Origin: a virus
Lineage: Duplodnaviria > Caudoviricetes
Length of the DNA: 64,000 bases
Strand: one strand, 5' to 3'
Virus record (IMG/VR): IMGVR_UViG_3300028840_000761
Location: 772-64,771 of that record
Shown here piece by piece: positions 20,174-28,267 of the stretch (positions are counted from its first letter, which is position 1; the number at the start of each line of letters is the position of its first letter). The notes beneath the pieces were generated by a model. The model had not been told where the DNA came from, ran no database searches, and worked only from the letters and a program-made list of their open reading frames with translations. The translations under genes were made by a program, and so were the position numbers.

Positions 20174-21265
20174 TTAGAGGCCGAGGCTGTTGACGATGTC
20201 GTCGTCAGACGGAACGGCGTTGGTGGCAGCCTGTTGGGCAGGCTCAGGCTTGGCTTCCTGTGCAGGCTCAGGCTCAGGCTCAGGCTTGGCCATCGCGGCT
20301 TCGGCATCAGAGATGGCATCGGCCAACTCGTCAGCGTCCATCTTCGAGCGGCCCTTGATCTTCAGCTCACTGGCCCGTGCCCTCAGCTCAGTGAGAGTCG
20401 CATCGGCTGTCACAGTCTGAGTAGGAGTCGGTTCAGACTGCGGCTTGTCCTCACCAAACACATCAGCGACATCGACCGGCGGAGGAGTCGGCTCAGGTTT
20501 ATGCTCGACCTCACGTCCGGGCTGATTGGCTGGAGGGTTGGCCGGTACGGTGGGCTGGACGATCTCAGCCACTTCTGGAGAGCTGACATACTCCATCAGT
20601 TTGGGGATAGCCGCCTCGGGAATGAAGCCACCGACGCGGAACTTCAGCACGCTGAAGTCAGAGTCATCGTCGAACGACACATAGATCACCACCCCACCGA
20701 GCGGCACATCACGAGCGGACAGGTTCTTCACGAACACGGCCCAGTTCTTCAGGGATGCCGGTGGAATCTTGAACTGGTAGACCCCGCCCTTATACAGCAC
20801 AGCGAGAATCTTGTTGTCATTACAGGCTTTACCCTTGGTCGCCTCACCGGCTTGGTTGCGACCGGAACCCCATGCGTTCTGCGGACAGGACGCACAGTTG
20901 GCGCACTGCGGTGCCTGCACGCTGGGGTCGGGCTTGATGCCGTCGAGAGAGAAGCAGTCCGGTGCGGATGCTTCGGCACTGGGATCGTAAGGCTTGGCGT
21001 ACCAGACCTTGTTCAACCCCGGCTTGGCCCGGAGAACCACCATGTCGAGGAACTGGCCTTCGACCAGCTGAGACGGCTTGACGATCTCCTCTTCCCCTGC
21101 ACCATCGACCAGACGGAACTTGCCGTTCTTGATCCGGATCGAAGGCGGGAACCCCGTGCTGATACCGGCGGCTGCATCGGCGTTCATTTCTCGGGCAAGG
21201 CCCGCAGTGGCGAGATACGCAGGGATGTTCTCGGGCACGATTGCTACATCTTTTCCAGTACTCAT
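20174..21265 (-). CDS. Putative ssDNA-binding/recombination protein with C-terminal Rho-N/HeH-like domain
   Basis: PDCFSLDG..P..CANCASCPQNAWGS..GKAC motif of phage replication-module proteins, and TLTELRARASELKIKGRSKMDADELADAI near the C-terminus. Confidence 0.55.
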   Translation of the reverse strand: MSTGKDVAIVPENIPAYLATAGLAREMNADAAAGISTGFPPSIRIKNGKFRLVDGAGEEEIVKPSQLVEGQFLDMVVLRAKPGLNKVWYAKPYDPSAEASAPDCFSLDGIKPDPSVQAPQCANCASCPQNAWGSGRNQAGEATKGKACNDNKILAVLYKGGVYQFKIPPASLKNWAVFVKNLSARDVPLGGVVIYVSFDDDSDFSVLKFRVGGFIPEAAIPKLMEYVSSPEVAEIVQPTVPANPPANQPGREVEHKPEPTPPPVDVADVFGEDKPQSEPTPTQTVTADATLTELRARASELKIKGRSKMDADELADAISDAEAAMAKPEPEPEPAQEAKPEPAQQAATNAVPSDDDIVNSLGL

Positions 21266-21268
21266 AGT

Positions 21269-21667
21269 CTAGCTCCTTCGCACTTGTACGGTTTCGACCC
21301 GTACGAAATTGACCCCCGGTGGGGGCGGGTTACGGTAGCCTTCATCCTTCGTCGGCTCCATCCGTTCACGAACAGCGGTCTTGCTGACACGCCGTTCAAA
21401 CATGTCCCACGCCTCATGCTCGATGATGAACTGAAGCATGGCATCGAAGTCCGCCACGTTGGCGTACTCCTTATAGGTTTTGAACACGGTGCCGTGCTCG
21501 GTCTTGGCCTGCTTGGCACCAATCGCGTCGAGGTCAGCCTGTAGTTTTTTCTCGATGGCTTCCATCATAACCTTCAGCTTGCCATCCTCTGTATCATACT
21601 GCTTCTTCAGAGCACTACGTCTGTCCCTCAGCTCGATATACTTTCCGGTGAGCTGATCCATATTCAT
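21269..21667 (-). CDS. Conserved replication-module coiled-coil protein
   Basis: KYIELRD...KTEHGTVF...PPPGVN. Start set at the ATG after AAGGAGG. Confidence 0.6.
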   Translation of the reverse strand: MNMDQLTGKYIELRDRRSALKKQYDTEDGKLKVMMEAIEKKLQADLDAIGAKQAKTEHGTVFKTYKEYANVADFDAMLQFIIEHEAWDMFERRVSKTAVRERMEPTKDEGYRNPPPPGVNFVRVETVQVRRS

Positions 21668-21694
21668 AAGATGCCTCCTTGTTTGGTGTATGTT

Positions 21695-21723
21695 ACCATA
21701 CACAGATAGCTACTACTTGTCAA
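21695..21723 (-). promoter_or_regulatory. Sigma70-like promoter for the replication genes
   Basis: TTGACA(21723-18)-17 nt-TATGGT(21700-21695) in an intergenic gap. Confidence 0.6.
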
Positions 21724-21731
21724 GCACAATA

Positions 21732-23294
21732 CTATTTACCTCCTTCCTTCGCCAGCTCCAACACGACATCCTGCAATTTGCCCCTGTCACGCAGGGTTGC
21801 GTAGATTTTACGCTCAGCACTCGTCGCTTGGATATGGACGATGTTGGTAGTCTTCGTCTGCCCCGGTCTCACGATCCGGGCATTCGCTTGGGTGTAGGTC
21901 TCGTTGCTGTGGACTGGTGCATACCACACTATTGCCGACGCGGCTGTGAGAGTGAGACCATGAGCCATGGTTGCCGCGTTTGCGATCAGGACTCTCGGAT
22001 TCTGCTCCATCTGGAACTGTCTGAATATCTGGTTCCTCTGGTTGCTTGATACCGAGCCGTCCACAACGGCAGTCGTGAAGTCCTTGCTCAGCTCTCGGTC
22101 GATGGCACGCAAGGCACCAGTCAGGGGTACGAACACGATCACTTTCTCGTCGCATTCTTCGATCACCTCCTTCAACACTGCGAGTCTGGGGCCGAAGTCC
22201 AGCTCAAGCACCTCGCCAGATGACCCGTACATGACACCACAGGCCGCCTGTACCAGCTTGTTGAGCAGGACACCGGCGTTGACAGCGGACACTTGAGACT
22301 CACCGACCAAGGTCACAGCTTCCCTGAGTAGTTCGTCGTGTGCCTTCTTCTGGTTCATGGTGAGCGGGGCTTCCCGCTCAGAATAGATGGTTTCTGGCAG
22401 ATCAATACAGTCGGACAGGGCGTACCGGATCGACGGTTGCATGTGTTCGTGTACGAACTGGCTTGCCCGTGCCCGTGGCACCCAGCGGAACTGGGTCACC
22501 TGATTCATGGTCTCGTCCCTGAACTTGCGGAAGCCACCACGGAACCGTTCGGGTGTGAGCAGTTTGATCTGCCCGTACGCATCGGTCGGAGCGTTCGGTG
22601 TTGGGGTACCTGTCATCCCCCATGCCGATCGGGCGATACCCTGCCGGTTGATGATCTCGAACATCAGCTTCCATCGCTTGGTTTGGCTGTTGCGATAGAC
22701 GGCCATCTCATCGAGGATGAAGTGGTTGATGTCATCACGGTGGGCTAGTAGGTCAGCGATGATGCTGACACCATCGTGGTTGATGATGAAGTAGTCGACA
22801 TCATCTTCCAGCAGGTCTCGCCGTTTTGCCCTCGATCCATGCAGGATGCGGTAGGTACGGTGAGGCAGGGTCTGAAAAATTTCATGCGCCCACACCCGAT
22901 CGAGTGTGGACAGCGGAGCACAGATCAAGGTCTTGCCGATCTCGTTCCGCTGTTTCAGGAAATCATCAGCCCAGAGTGCGGCGTTGGTCTTGCCGGTGCC
23001 CATACCTGAGAGGCAGTACGCCCTCATGTTGAGAGCGAGAAAGTCAGACGTCGTGAGCTGGTGCTGGTAAGGAGTGAACCGCCCCGGCCAGTTGTACTGC
23101 GTGGTCAACGGCGTAGGCACATCCTTGCCAGCGTTCCTGAACAGACGCACGGCATTGATGGTATGGGGCACTGCACACAGACTCTGCCCGTTTACAACCC
23201 CAGTCCTGACATCAGGAAAGTACCGCTTGACTTTCTCGATGTCAGTGGCCGGGAATACAATGTGGTCTTTGACGACCCTAATCATTTGCGTCAT
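21732..23294 (-). CDS. SNF2-like superfamily 2 helicase
   Basis: Motifs GMGTGKT, ILDEM, MTGTP, AHGLTLT and QANARIVRPGQ. Confidence 0.9.
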   Translation of the reverse strand: MTQMIRVVKDHIVFPATDIEKVKRYFPDVRTGVVNGQSLCAVPHTINAVRLFRNAGKDVPTPLTTQYNWPGRFTPYQHQLTTSDFLALNMRAYCLSGMGTGKTNAALWADDFLKQRNEIGKTLICAPLSTLDRVWAHEIFQTLPHRTYRILHGSRAKRRDLLEDDVDYFIINHDGVSIIADLLAHRDDINHFILDEMAVYRNSQTKRWKLMFEIINRQGIARSAWGMTGTPTPNAPTDAYGQIKLLTPERFRGGFRKFRDETMNQVTQFRWVPRARASQFVHEHMQPSIRYALSDCIDLPETIYSEREAPLTMNQKKAHDELLREAVTLVGESQVSAVNAGVLLNKLVQAACGVMYGSSGEVLELDFGPRLAVLKEVIEECDEKVIVFVPLTGALRAIDRELSKDFTTAVVDGSVSSNQRNQIFRQFQMEQNPRVLIANAATMAHGLTLTAASAIVWYAPVHSNETYTQANARIVRPGQTKTTNIVHIQATSAERKIYATLRDRGKLQDVVLELAKEGGK

Positions 23295-23596
23295 ATCTTT
23301 TCTCTGTTCAGCCAGATTTCAAGAATCTCAAAATCGACTGGGTCGGCTACCACCATGGTCTTGCCGTCAGCATTCCGTATACCTTGGAGCTGCATTTTCT
23401 GGAGTGCTGTTACGTTCTTTCGCTTACCGGGTGCCTTGCACTCGATCCCGATAAACTTACCTTTGTGGCAGGCGATCACGTCGGGGATTCCATGAGCACC
23501 CATGCCGCCCGACACCGGCATGAAGCTCCATGCTCCGTACTGCTTCAGCAGAGCCTTGACCTTGGCCTTGACCTTACCTTCAGGAGTTGTTGCCAC
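23291..23596 (-). CDS. VRR-NUC domain nuclease
   Basis: TPEGKVK...GIPDVIAC..GKFIGIECKAPG...TALQ. Confidence 0.85.
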   Translation of the reverse strand: MATTPEGKVKAKVKALLKQYGAWSFMPVSGGMGAHGIPDVIACHKGKFIGIECKAPGKRKNVTALQKMQLQGIRNADGKTMVVADPVDFEILEIWLNREKI

Positions 23597-24011
23597 GGCT
23601 GCCCCCTGCCTTTGCGTATTGCCAATACTTCTCGACCTTGGCCTGCTTCTCCTTCACCGCCACGGTGTCAGGCTTCCAGCCCAGCTCCAGCGCCACGGCG
23701 AACAGGTCGTTCAGCTCACTGTGAAGCAGCTGAATGTTCGGGATGTTCTCAGTCTTGGGGTGGCTGTCTTTTTCCCCGAAGCGCAGGATTTTGCCGATCA
23801 CCTGCACCACCTCGCCCGCCTCTTCAGACAGGGTGCCGAACAGATAGAACCGACGACGGATGAGTTCGTTGCGAAGTTCGCACTGTGCCTCGAACTCTTC
23901 TGCGGTCAGCTCAGGAACTTTCTCCTCAGTGGATTGAGCTTCCGCTTCCGCTTCCGGATTCTTCTGCTTCAGTGTCGCCGGTGTCGCCTGTAGTTTCATT
24001 TTCTTCTGCAT
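23580..24011 (-). CDS. MazG-like nucleotide pyrophosphohydrolase
   Basis: LSEEAGEVVQVIGKILRFG...ELNDL acidic helical motif. Start set after AAGGAGG. Confidence 0.65.
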   Translation of the reverse strand: MQKKMKLQATPATLKQKNPEAEAEAQSTEEKVPELTAEEFEAQCELRNELIRRRFYLFGTLSEEAGEVVQVIGKILRFGEKDSHPKTENIPNIQLLHSELNDLFAVALELGWKPDTVAVKEKQAKVEKYWQYAKAGGSRGNNS

Positions 24012-24264
24012 CGTTGCCTCCTTGAAAGTCAAACTCTAGTTGGTTGGGGTCATCCCCGGGTGCTTCGCCAAGTTCCGCCATCAGTGCTTCAGTCGAGTCA
24101 AGACCGAGGAACCACCGGCAGAACTGCACCTTGTCTTCCCTTGGCCAAGTCTGTTGCATGGAGAGTATAACCTCGTTCGTGTTCTGGGCTAACCGAGGTA
24201 TGAGTTCCTCGCTCATCTCCTTCGCTACCTTCCGCATGGCTTTGTCCTTGCGTTGGCTCATCAT
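23926..24264 (-). CDS. Hypothetical protein
   Basis: Good SD (AAGGAG) before ATG 24264; overlaps both neighbours. Confidence 0.5.
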   Translation of the reverse strand: MMSQRKDKAMRKVAKEMSEELIPRLAQNTNEVILSMQQTWPREDKVQFCRWFLGLDSTEALMAELGEAPGDDPNQLEFDFQGGNDAEENETTGDTGDTEAEESGSGSGSSIH

Positions 24265-24706
24265 TGTCTCCTTGTGGGTAGTTAAGTTCAATCAACATAT
24301 CGATCTCGTGCTTGGCTTTCTCCAAGTCCTCGCGTCCGTTCTTCCCCCGATGCCGACAGATGCGCTTGACCACGCAGCCTTCGAGGAACGACAGACCATT
24401 CCGCTCGATGAACTCTGTCGGTTGAATCTTCAGATGCTTATAGTGCTCGCCACCTACCTGCCTATCAAATGCACGCCCCGTCACCATAGCCTCCACACCT
24501 AGTACTTTCATCAATTCATTACGGGCTTTAATACCGAAGTTGTGGATACGTACTTCGTTGAATGTGAATGGCTTGTTTCTTATAGCTAATACACCATCAG
24601 CTATATCCTGTTTTACCTTGTCCGCACTGGGGAGAGCTGGGCCGTATAGATTAGCCAGTAGATTCCGCGTGCGTACGCTCACGTTGTCATACCATTCATC
24701 TTTCAT
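24098..24706 (-). CDS. DUF3310-like protein with an N-terminal RNAP alpha-CTD-like segment
   Basis: RQVGGEHYK...IQPTEFI...FLEGCVVKRICR...EDLEKAKH is DUF3310-like. The N-terminus reads VSVRTRNLL...IHNFGIKARNEL. Confidence 0.65.
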   Translation of the reverse strand: MKDEWYDNVSVRTRNLLANLYGPALPSADKVKQDIADGVLAIRNKPFTFNEVRIHNFGIKARNELMKVLGVEAMVTGRAFDRQVGGEHYKHLKIQPTEFIERNGLSFLEGCVVKRICRHRGKNGREDLEKAKHEIDMLIELNYPQGDNDEPTQGQSHAEGSEGDERGTHTSVSPEHERGYTLHATDLAKGRQGAVLPVVPRS

Positions 24707-25410
24707 CGTTTCTCCTTCCAGAAGCGGCACTCCTCAACGGGGCACCAACCACGGCAAAGACCGGACTCCTTGGGCTGGAATACTTTGGTACGCCATGCTG
24801 TCGTCATGCGCTTCAGCTTCTCGTGGAGCATGTCCTCGATGCCCTGCATGTGCTCGGCCCGGGTGAAGTCCTGCCCGGTCACGGTCAGGCTATTGAGCCA
24901 GATGAATTTGGATACGAAGTTCTGGATGTGTGGATACTTCTGGCCGATGAACCACACACTGAGTTGAAGCTGGAGCAGGCTCTCACGAACCTTGCCAGTC
25001 TTCCAGTCGTAGATGTATGCGGTGTCATCCCGCAGGAGAAGGACGTCAACCTTGTTGCGTGCCCACGCCTGCTTGGAGAACCAGCTGGTTAGGTTGCCGT
25101 CCATGTCGAAGGCGATCTCGTCCTCGACCACCAGCTTCATGCCCTGCGTGGCTCTCTTCTCGAACACCTCGCAGTACCTCTCCCACTCTTTCGGGAAGTC
25201 AGCGGGCAAGGGTGTGCCATGCTTGAGACGATTCTCTTTGGCTTTGTGGACACGGTCACCCCACAGGGTGGCCTCGGTGTGCTCGAACTTGACCGATTCA
25301 TAGAACCGCTTGGCGGCGTACTGATACGGGCAGGTATCGAAGTCATTGATCGCAGAGTACGACCAGCTGAACGGTTTGCCGTTGGCATTCTTCGGCCTCG
25401 GGTCTGTCAT
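24703..25410 (-). CDS. PD-(D/E)xK exonuclease (RecB/Cas4-like)
   Basis: WSYS..FDTCP, G..VH, KVDVL...IYDWKTG, QL, and C-terminal LCRGWCPVEEC. Confidence 0.85.
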   Translation of the reverse strand: MTDPRPKNANGKPFSWSYSAINDFDTCPYQYAAKRFYESVKFEHTEATLWGDRVHKAKENRLKHGTPLPADFPKEWERYCEVFEKRATQGMKLVVEDEIAFDMDGNLTSWFSKQAWARNKVDVLLLRDDTAYIYDWKTGKVRESLLQLQLSVWFIGQKYPHIQNFVSKFIWLNSLTVTGQDFTRAEHMQGIEDMLHEKLKRMTTAWRTKVFQPKESGLCRGWCPVEECRFWKEKR

Positions 25411-25655
25411 TTGAGCCTCCATTTCTTCTTGGCGATGCTGAAGCTGCTACCCTTTACATACTCAGGCTCCAACATATCTTTTTCCATCAGGGCATCGAAT
25501 GTTTTCTTGGGTAGCAAATCTGACTTGAATACCCTATGCCCGTGCTGGTTCTCACCAACGACACGGGCAATATAATAAGTGTTGGCGGCTTTCCAGATAT
25601 GCCCGCCGTTCTGAAGGGCGTCAATTATCTCAACCTGCTTCTTAGTTAATGCCAT
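25407..25655 (-). CDS. Hypothetical protein
   Basis: SD GGGGGAG before MALTKKQ; tightly packed in the operon. Confidence 0.6.
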   Translation of the reverse strand: MALTKKQVEIIDALQNGGHIWKAANTYYIARVVGENQHGHRVFKSDLLPKKTFDALMEKDMLEPEYVKGSSFSIAKKKWRLK

Positions 25656-26175
25656 AAGACTCCCCCTTCCCAAACCATATCAATGTAGCTGACGGGTTGA
25701 TACCGTGCAGGTTTGCCGCCTTGGTATCTGCCATCCACACATCCACCTGCTTCCGCTTACGTGGGTGCATGGTGTCCTCGACATACAGCAGGCCGTACCC
25801 ACTGAGGAAGATCACGTCACCATACTCGATGCCCAAAGCAAACAGATCGGGGCTGAGAGCGACGACTCCCCTGCGTACATACACCTGATTGGCTGTGAGG
25901 TGTGGACTATCGTCCGTCTCCTCGACCCGGGAGGAGTATGCCGACACCTTGACTTGCGTCCGGTACATCGGTTTGCTTCTGTTCCAGTCGTCTCCAAAGA
26001 TGCTCATAAATATGGCATCGTCCCGCTGGAGTTCACTGTCGCAAAAAGCTAGGTCAGACTGTAACTCGGTAACTTCGTTTTGTAGTTCGTTGATTGTATC
26101 CTTGTGGTTCATGATCCCCGGCACAGCGGCCAAGAATCCCAAGAACACACACGCAACATATCCCATAAACTTCAT
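25642..26175 (-). CDS. Membrane-anchored 3D-domain (peptidoglycan-acting) protein
   Basis: Hydrophobic N-terminus and coiled coil, then SAYSS..ETD....TA...VVALSPD...VEDTM...QVDVWM. Confidence 0.75.
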   Translation of the reverse strand: MKFMGYVACVFLGFLAAVPGIMNHKDTINELQNEVTELQSDLAFCDSELQRDDAIFMSIFGDDWNRSKPMYRTQVKVSAYSSRVEETDDSPHLTANQVYVRRGVVALSPDLFALGIEYGDVIFLSGYGLLYVEDTMHPRKRKQVDVWMADTKAANLHGINPSATLIWFGKGESYGIN

Positions 26176-26187
26176 AAGGTCAACCTC

Positions 26188-27204
26188 CTATATTAGCTTG
26201 TAACGCTTGTCGATCTTGCCATTGGTATCACTGCCCACGACACAGGAGTTCACCCATATTTGCAGGCCGCTCTGATACCGACGAATGTGACCACGCCGCA
26301 GGTGCTGGCGTGGGCTGGCGTGGGTTCCACCTTGGTATTCTCCCTTCCCTGACATCTTCCCTTCCATGTCGACTGTCAGTATCTTGGTCTCGAAGAGGGG
26401 CATCTTACCCTTCTTCTCTCTCTTCCGCTGAACCTTGGGGCTGATCTTCTCCCGCACCTCAGCCTTGATGTTCGAGCAGGTCAAGGCTTCGCACAGCTCG
26501 AACACCGAGTAACAGTATGTCTGCATACTCTGGAGTATCTCGATCATATCGGATTCCATTTCGTTGGTCGGCTGGCTGTGGGGTGTCAAGGCCATGAGAT
26601 CGAGCATCTCCTGCTCCGACAGACCATATCTCCGGCATATCGTATCCGGTAACAGCGGGATAGGACGGCACCGAATCCCCACGGAATCCTCTCGCCTCTC
26701 ACCCCACAGGTTTTTGGATGGCATAACCCAAGCGAACGGAGACGGGTACCACTTGCCATGGTAGAACCTTCTCCCCCGCTCACTCATCTCCTCGTGCCTG
26801 CTGTCATAGGCATTGACTCTCGACATAAAGGAAACAAGAATGAATATGTCTCCCGACTCCATATCAGGGAAGACTTTGCGGACAGATTCATACTCCTCCA
26901 GCGGGAACTCGGCGGCCAAGATCAGGTTGTTGGGGAACTCACCATCAGGTTCTTCTTGGTAGTATTCGATAGTCGTGTACTGGTAGGGCAATCTCAGGTC
27001 TCGTCCATATAGACCCTTCATCTTGGCGTCGAGTATCCTGCCGCCATCCGGCAAAGAAAAATGCTGTGCGTTTTCAATGATGCCGCCAAGCATCCGAATG
27101 TTTGTAATGTCCCGGCGGAAGCTGTCGTCCGAGATCAGTGCTCTGGTAATAGCACGCATGTCATGGAGTGCACTCGCAGCATAGTTCTTCGCCGTAATAG
27201 TCAT
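26188..27204 (-). CDS. Hypothetical phage protein
   Basis: 338 aa, ending in the recurrent phage motif HASPRQHLRRGHIRR...IWVNSCVVG. Confidence 0.65.
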   Translation of the reverse strand: MTITAKNYAASALHDMRAITRALISDDSFRRDITNIRMLGGIIENAQHFSLPDGGRILDAKMKGLYGRDLRLPYQYTTIEYYQEEPDGEFPNNLILAAEFPLEEYESVRKVFPDMESGDIFILVSFMSRVNAYDSRHEEMSERGRRFYHGKWYPSPFAWVMPSKNLWGERREDSVGIRCRPIPLLPDTICRRYGLSEQEMLDLMALTPHSQPTNEMESDMIEILQSMQTYCYSVFELCEALTCSNIKAEVREKISPKVQRKREKKGKMPLFETKILTVDMEGKMSGKGEYQGGTHASPRQHLRRGHIRRYQSGLQIWVNSCVVGSDTNGKIDKRYKLI

Positions 27205-27206
27205 GG

Positions 27207-27353
27207 TCAGTCTCCTTTCTTCTTTGTCTTACGGCTCTTGCCAGCCCGCTCGTAGGCGATGGCAACAGCCTGCTTGGGTGGGTAGCCCTCGTCGATCAGC
27301 TTCTTGACGTTGGCCTCGATAGTCTTCTTACTCTTCCCTTTCTTGAGTGGCAT
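27207..27353 (-). CDS. Small basic protein (48 aa, absent from the ORF track)
   Basis: MPLKKGKSKKTIEANVKKLIDEGYPPKQAVAIAYERAGKSRKTKKKGD. The KQAVAIA motif is common in phages; SD GAGGT. Confidence 0.7.
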   Translation of the reverse strand: MPLKKGKSKKTIEANVKKLIDEGYPPKQAVAIAYERAGKSRKTKKKGD

Positions 27354-27519
27354 CTACTTTACCTCTCCTTCCCCCGCAACGCCGGTAGTAGTCGCCGGTG
27401 TCACGGCTGGCTGTGGTTTTGCACACATAGAATCTGGTGTGCAGTTTGTCCATGTCCTGCCTTGCTCCGCAGAACGGACACGTCGTCATGACCTTGGGTC
27501 TGTTGTCCTCATATGGCAT
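27328..27519 (-). CDS. Small Cys-containing protein
   Basis: CPFCG motif; SD GAGGAG. Confidence 0.5.
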   Translation of the reverse strand: MPYEDNRPKVMTTCPFCGARQDMDKLHTRFYVCKTTASRDTGDYYRRCGGRRGKVDATQEREE

Positions 27520-27524
27520 CTGTC

Positions 27525-27698
27525 TCACTCCTCGTCAAACATGACGTGCTCCCCGCACCAATCCCATACCCTGACCTGCGGGTGAGGGGGTGGGTAGCGT
27601 TGGCAAAGACGGTAGTCTACTTTCTTGAAGCTCCCTGACTTCACATCTTCACCGTTGTTGAACTTACAGTTCAGGCACACAGCCTTCCGTTTAGCCAT
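27525..27698 (-). CDS. Small Cys-rich protein (57 aa, absent from the ORF track)
   Basis: MAKRKAVCLNCKF...LCQRYPP...DWCGEH, a common phage Zn-binding motif; SD GAGGAG. Confidence 0.65.
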   Translation of the reverse strand: MAKRKAVCLNCKFNNGEDVKSGSFKKVDYRLCQRYPPPHPQVRVWDWCGEHVMFDEE

Positions 27699-27897
27699 CC
27701 ATCATCTCCTCTCTGAACCATGACATCCCGGTAGGGCATAGGTGACATCCATTCTCGAAGTGATCGTGCGTCAGGGACGCAAAGCGTAGCCTGTATAGGC
27801 AACGGTCGAGTGGTATCAGCACCGCTGGTTCACGCGGTTTGCCCTTCACTTCCCACTGCTGGTGGGGGCAGGCAACTAGCCTACCTGAACTGGGCAT
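27691..27897 (-). CDS. Hypothetical protein
   Basis: Fills the operon gap and overlaps both neighbours. Confidence 0.45.
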   Translation of the reverse strand: MPSSGRLVACPHQQWEVKGKPREPAVLIPLDRCLYRLRFASLTHDHFENGCHLCPTGMSWFREEMMDG

Positions 27898-28267
27898 ATC
27901 GTTTCCTTTCGTTGTTCATAACCTCGACCACCTTCTGGCACATCTCGACACTGAACATGCCGATGTGGCAGTCCATTGAGTGGATGTCCAGACTGTAGGC
28001 CAGCCAGTTGTACGCTTGGGTTCTGGTCATCAGGCCGGACTTCCATAGGGGATCGAAGTTCTCATGTGCGATCTGCTTCCATCGGCGCAGGGTCTTGTTC
28101 GCCAACCTGCCGAACGGTTCGCCTGTCTTCTCATGACACCCGACGTATGCCTCGCACGGTTCGCAGTGATAGAACTTCTTGTGCCACAGGTCACTCCGGT
28201 GCGGATAAATCTCCCGACCTGTGACATGGTCTGCTACGTTCCCGCAGTAGTCACATTTGATTATCAT
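27881..28267 (-). CDS. DUF3268-like zinc-finger protein
   Basis: CDYCG...IYPHR...CEPCEAYVGCH...GRLA...AH..FDPLW...AYNWLA...CHIGMF. Confidence 0.8.
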   Translation of the reverse strand: MIIKCDYCGNVADHVTGREIYPHRSDLWHKKFYHCEPCEAYVGCHEKTGEPFGRLANKTLRRWKQIAHENFDPLWKSGLMTRTQAYNWLAYSLDIHSMDCHIGMFSVEMCQKVVEVMNNERKRYAQFR

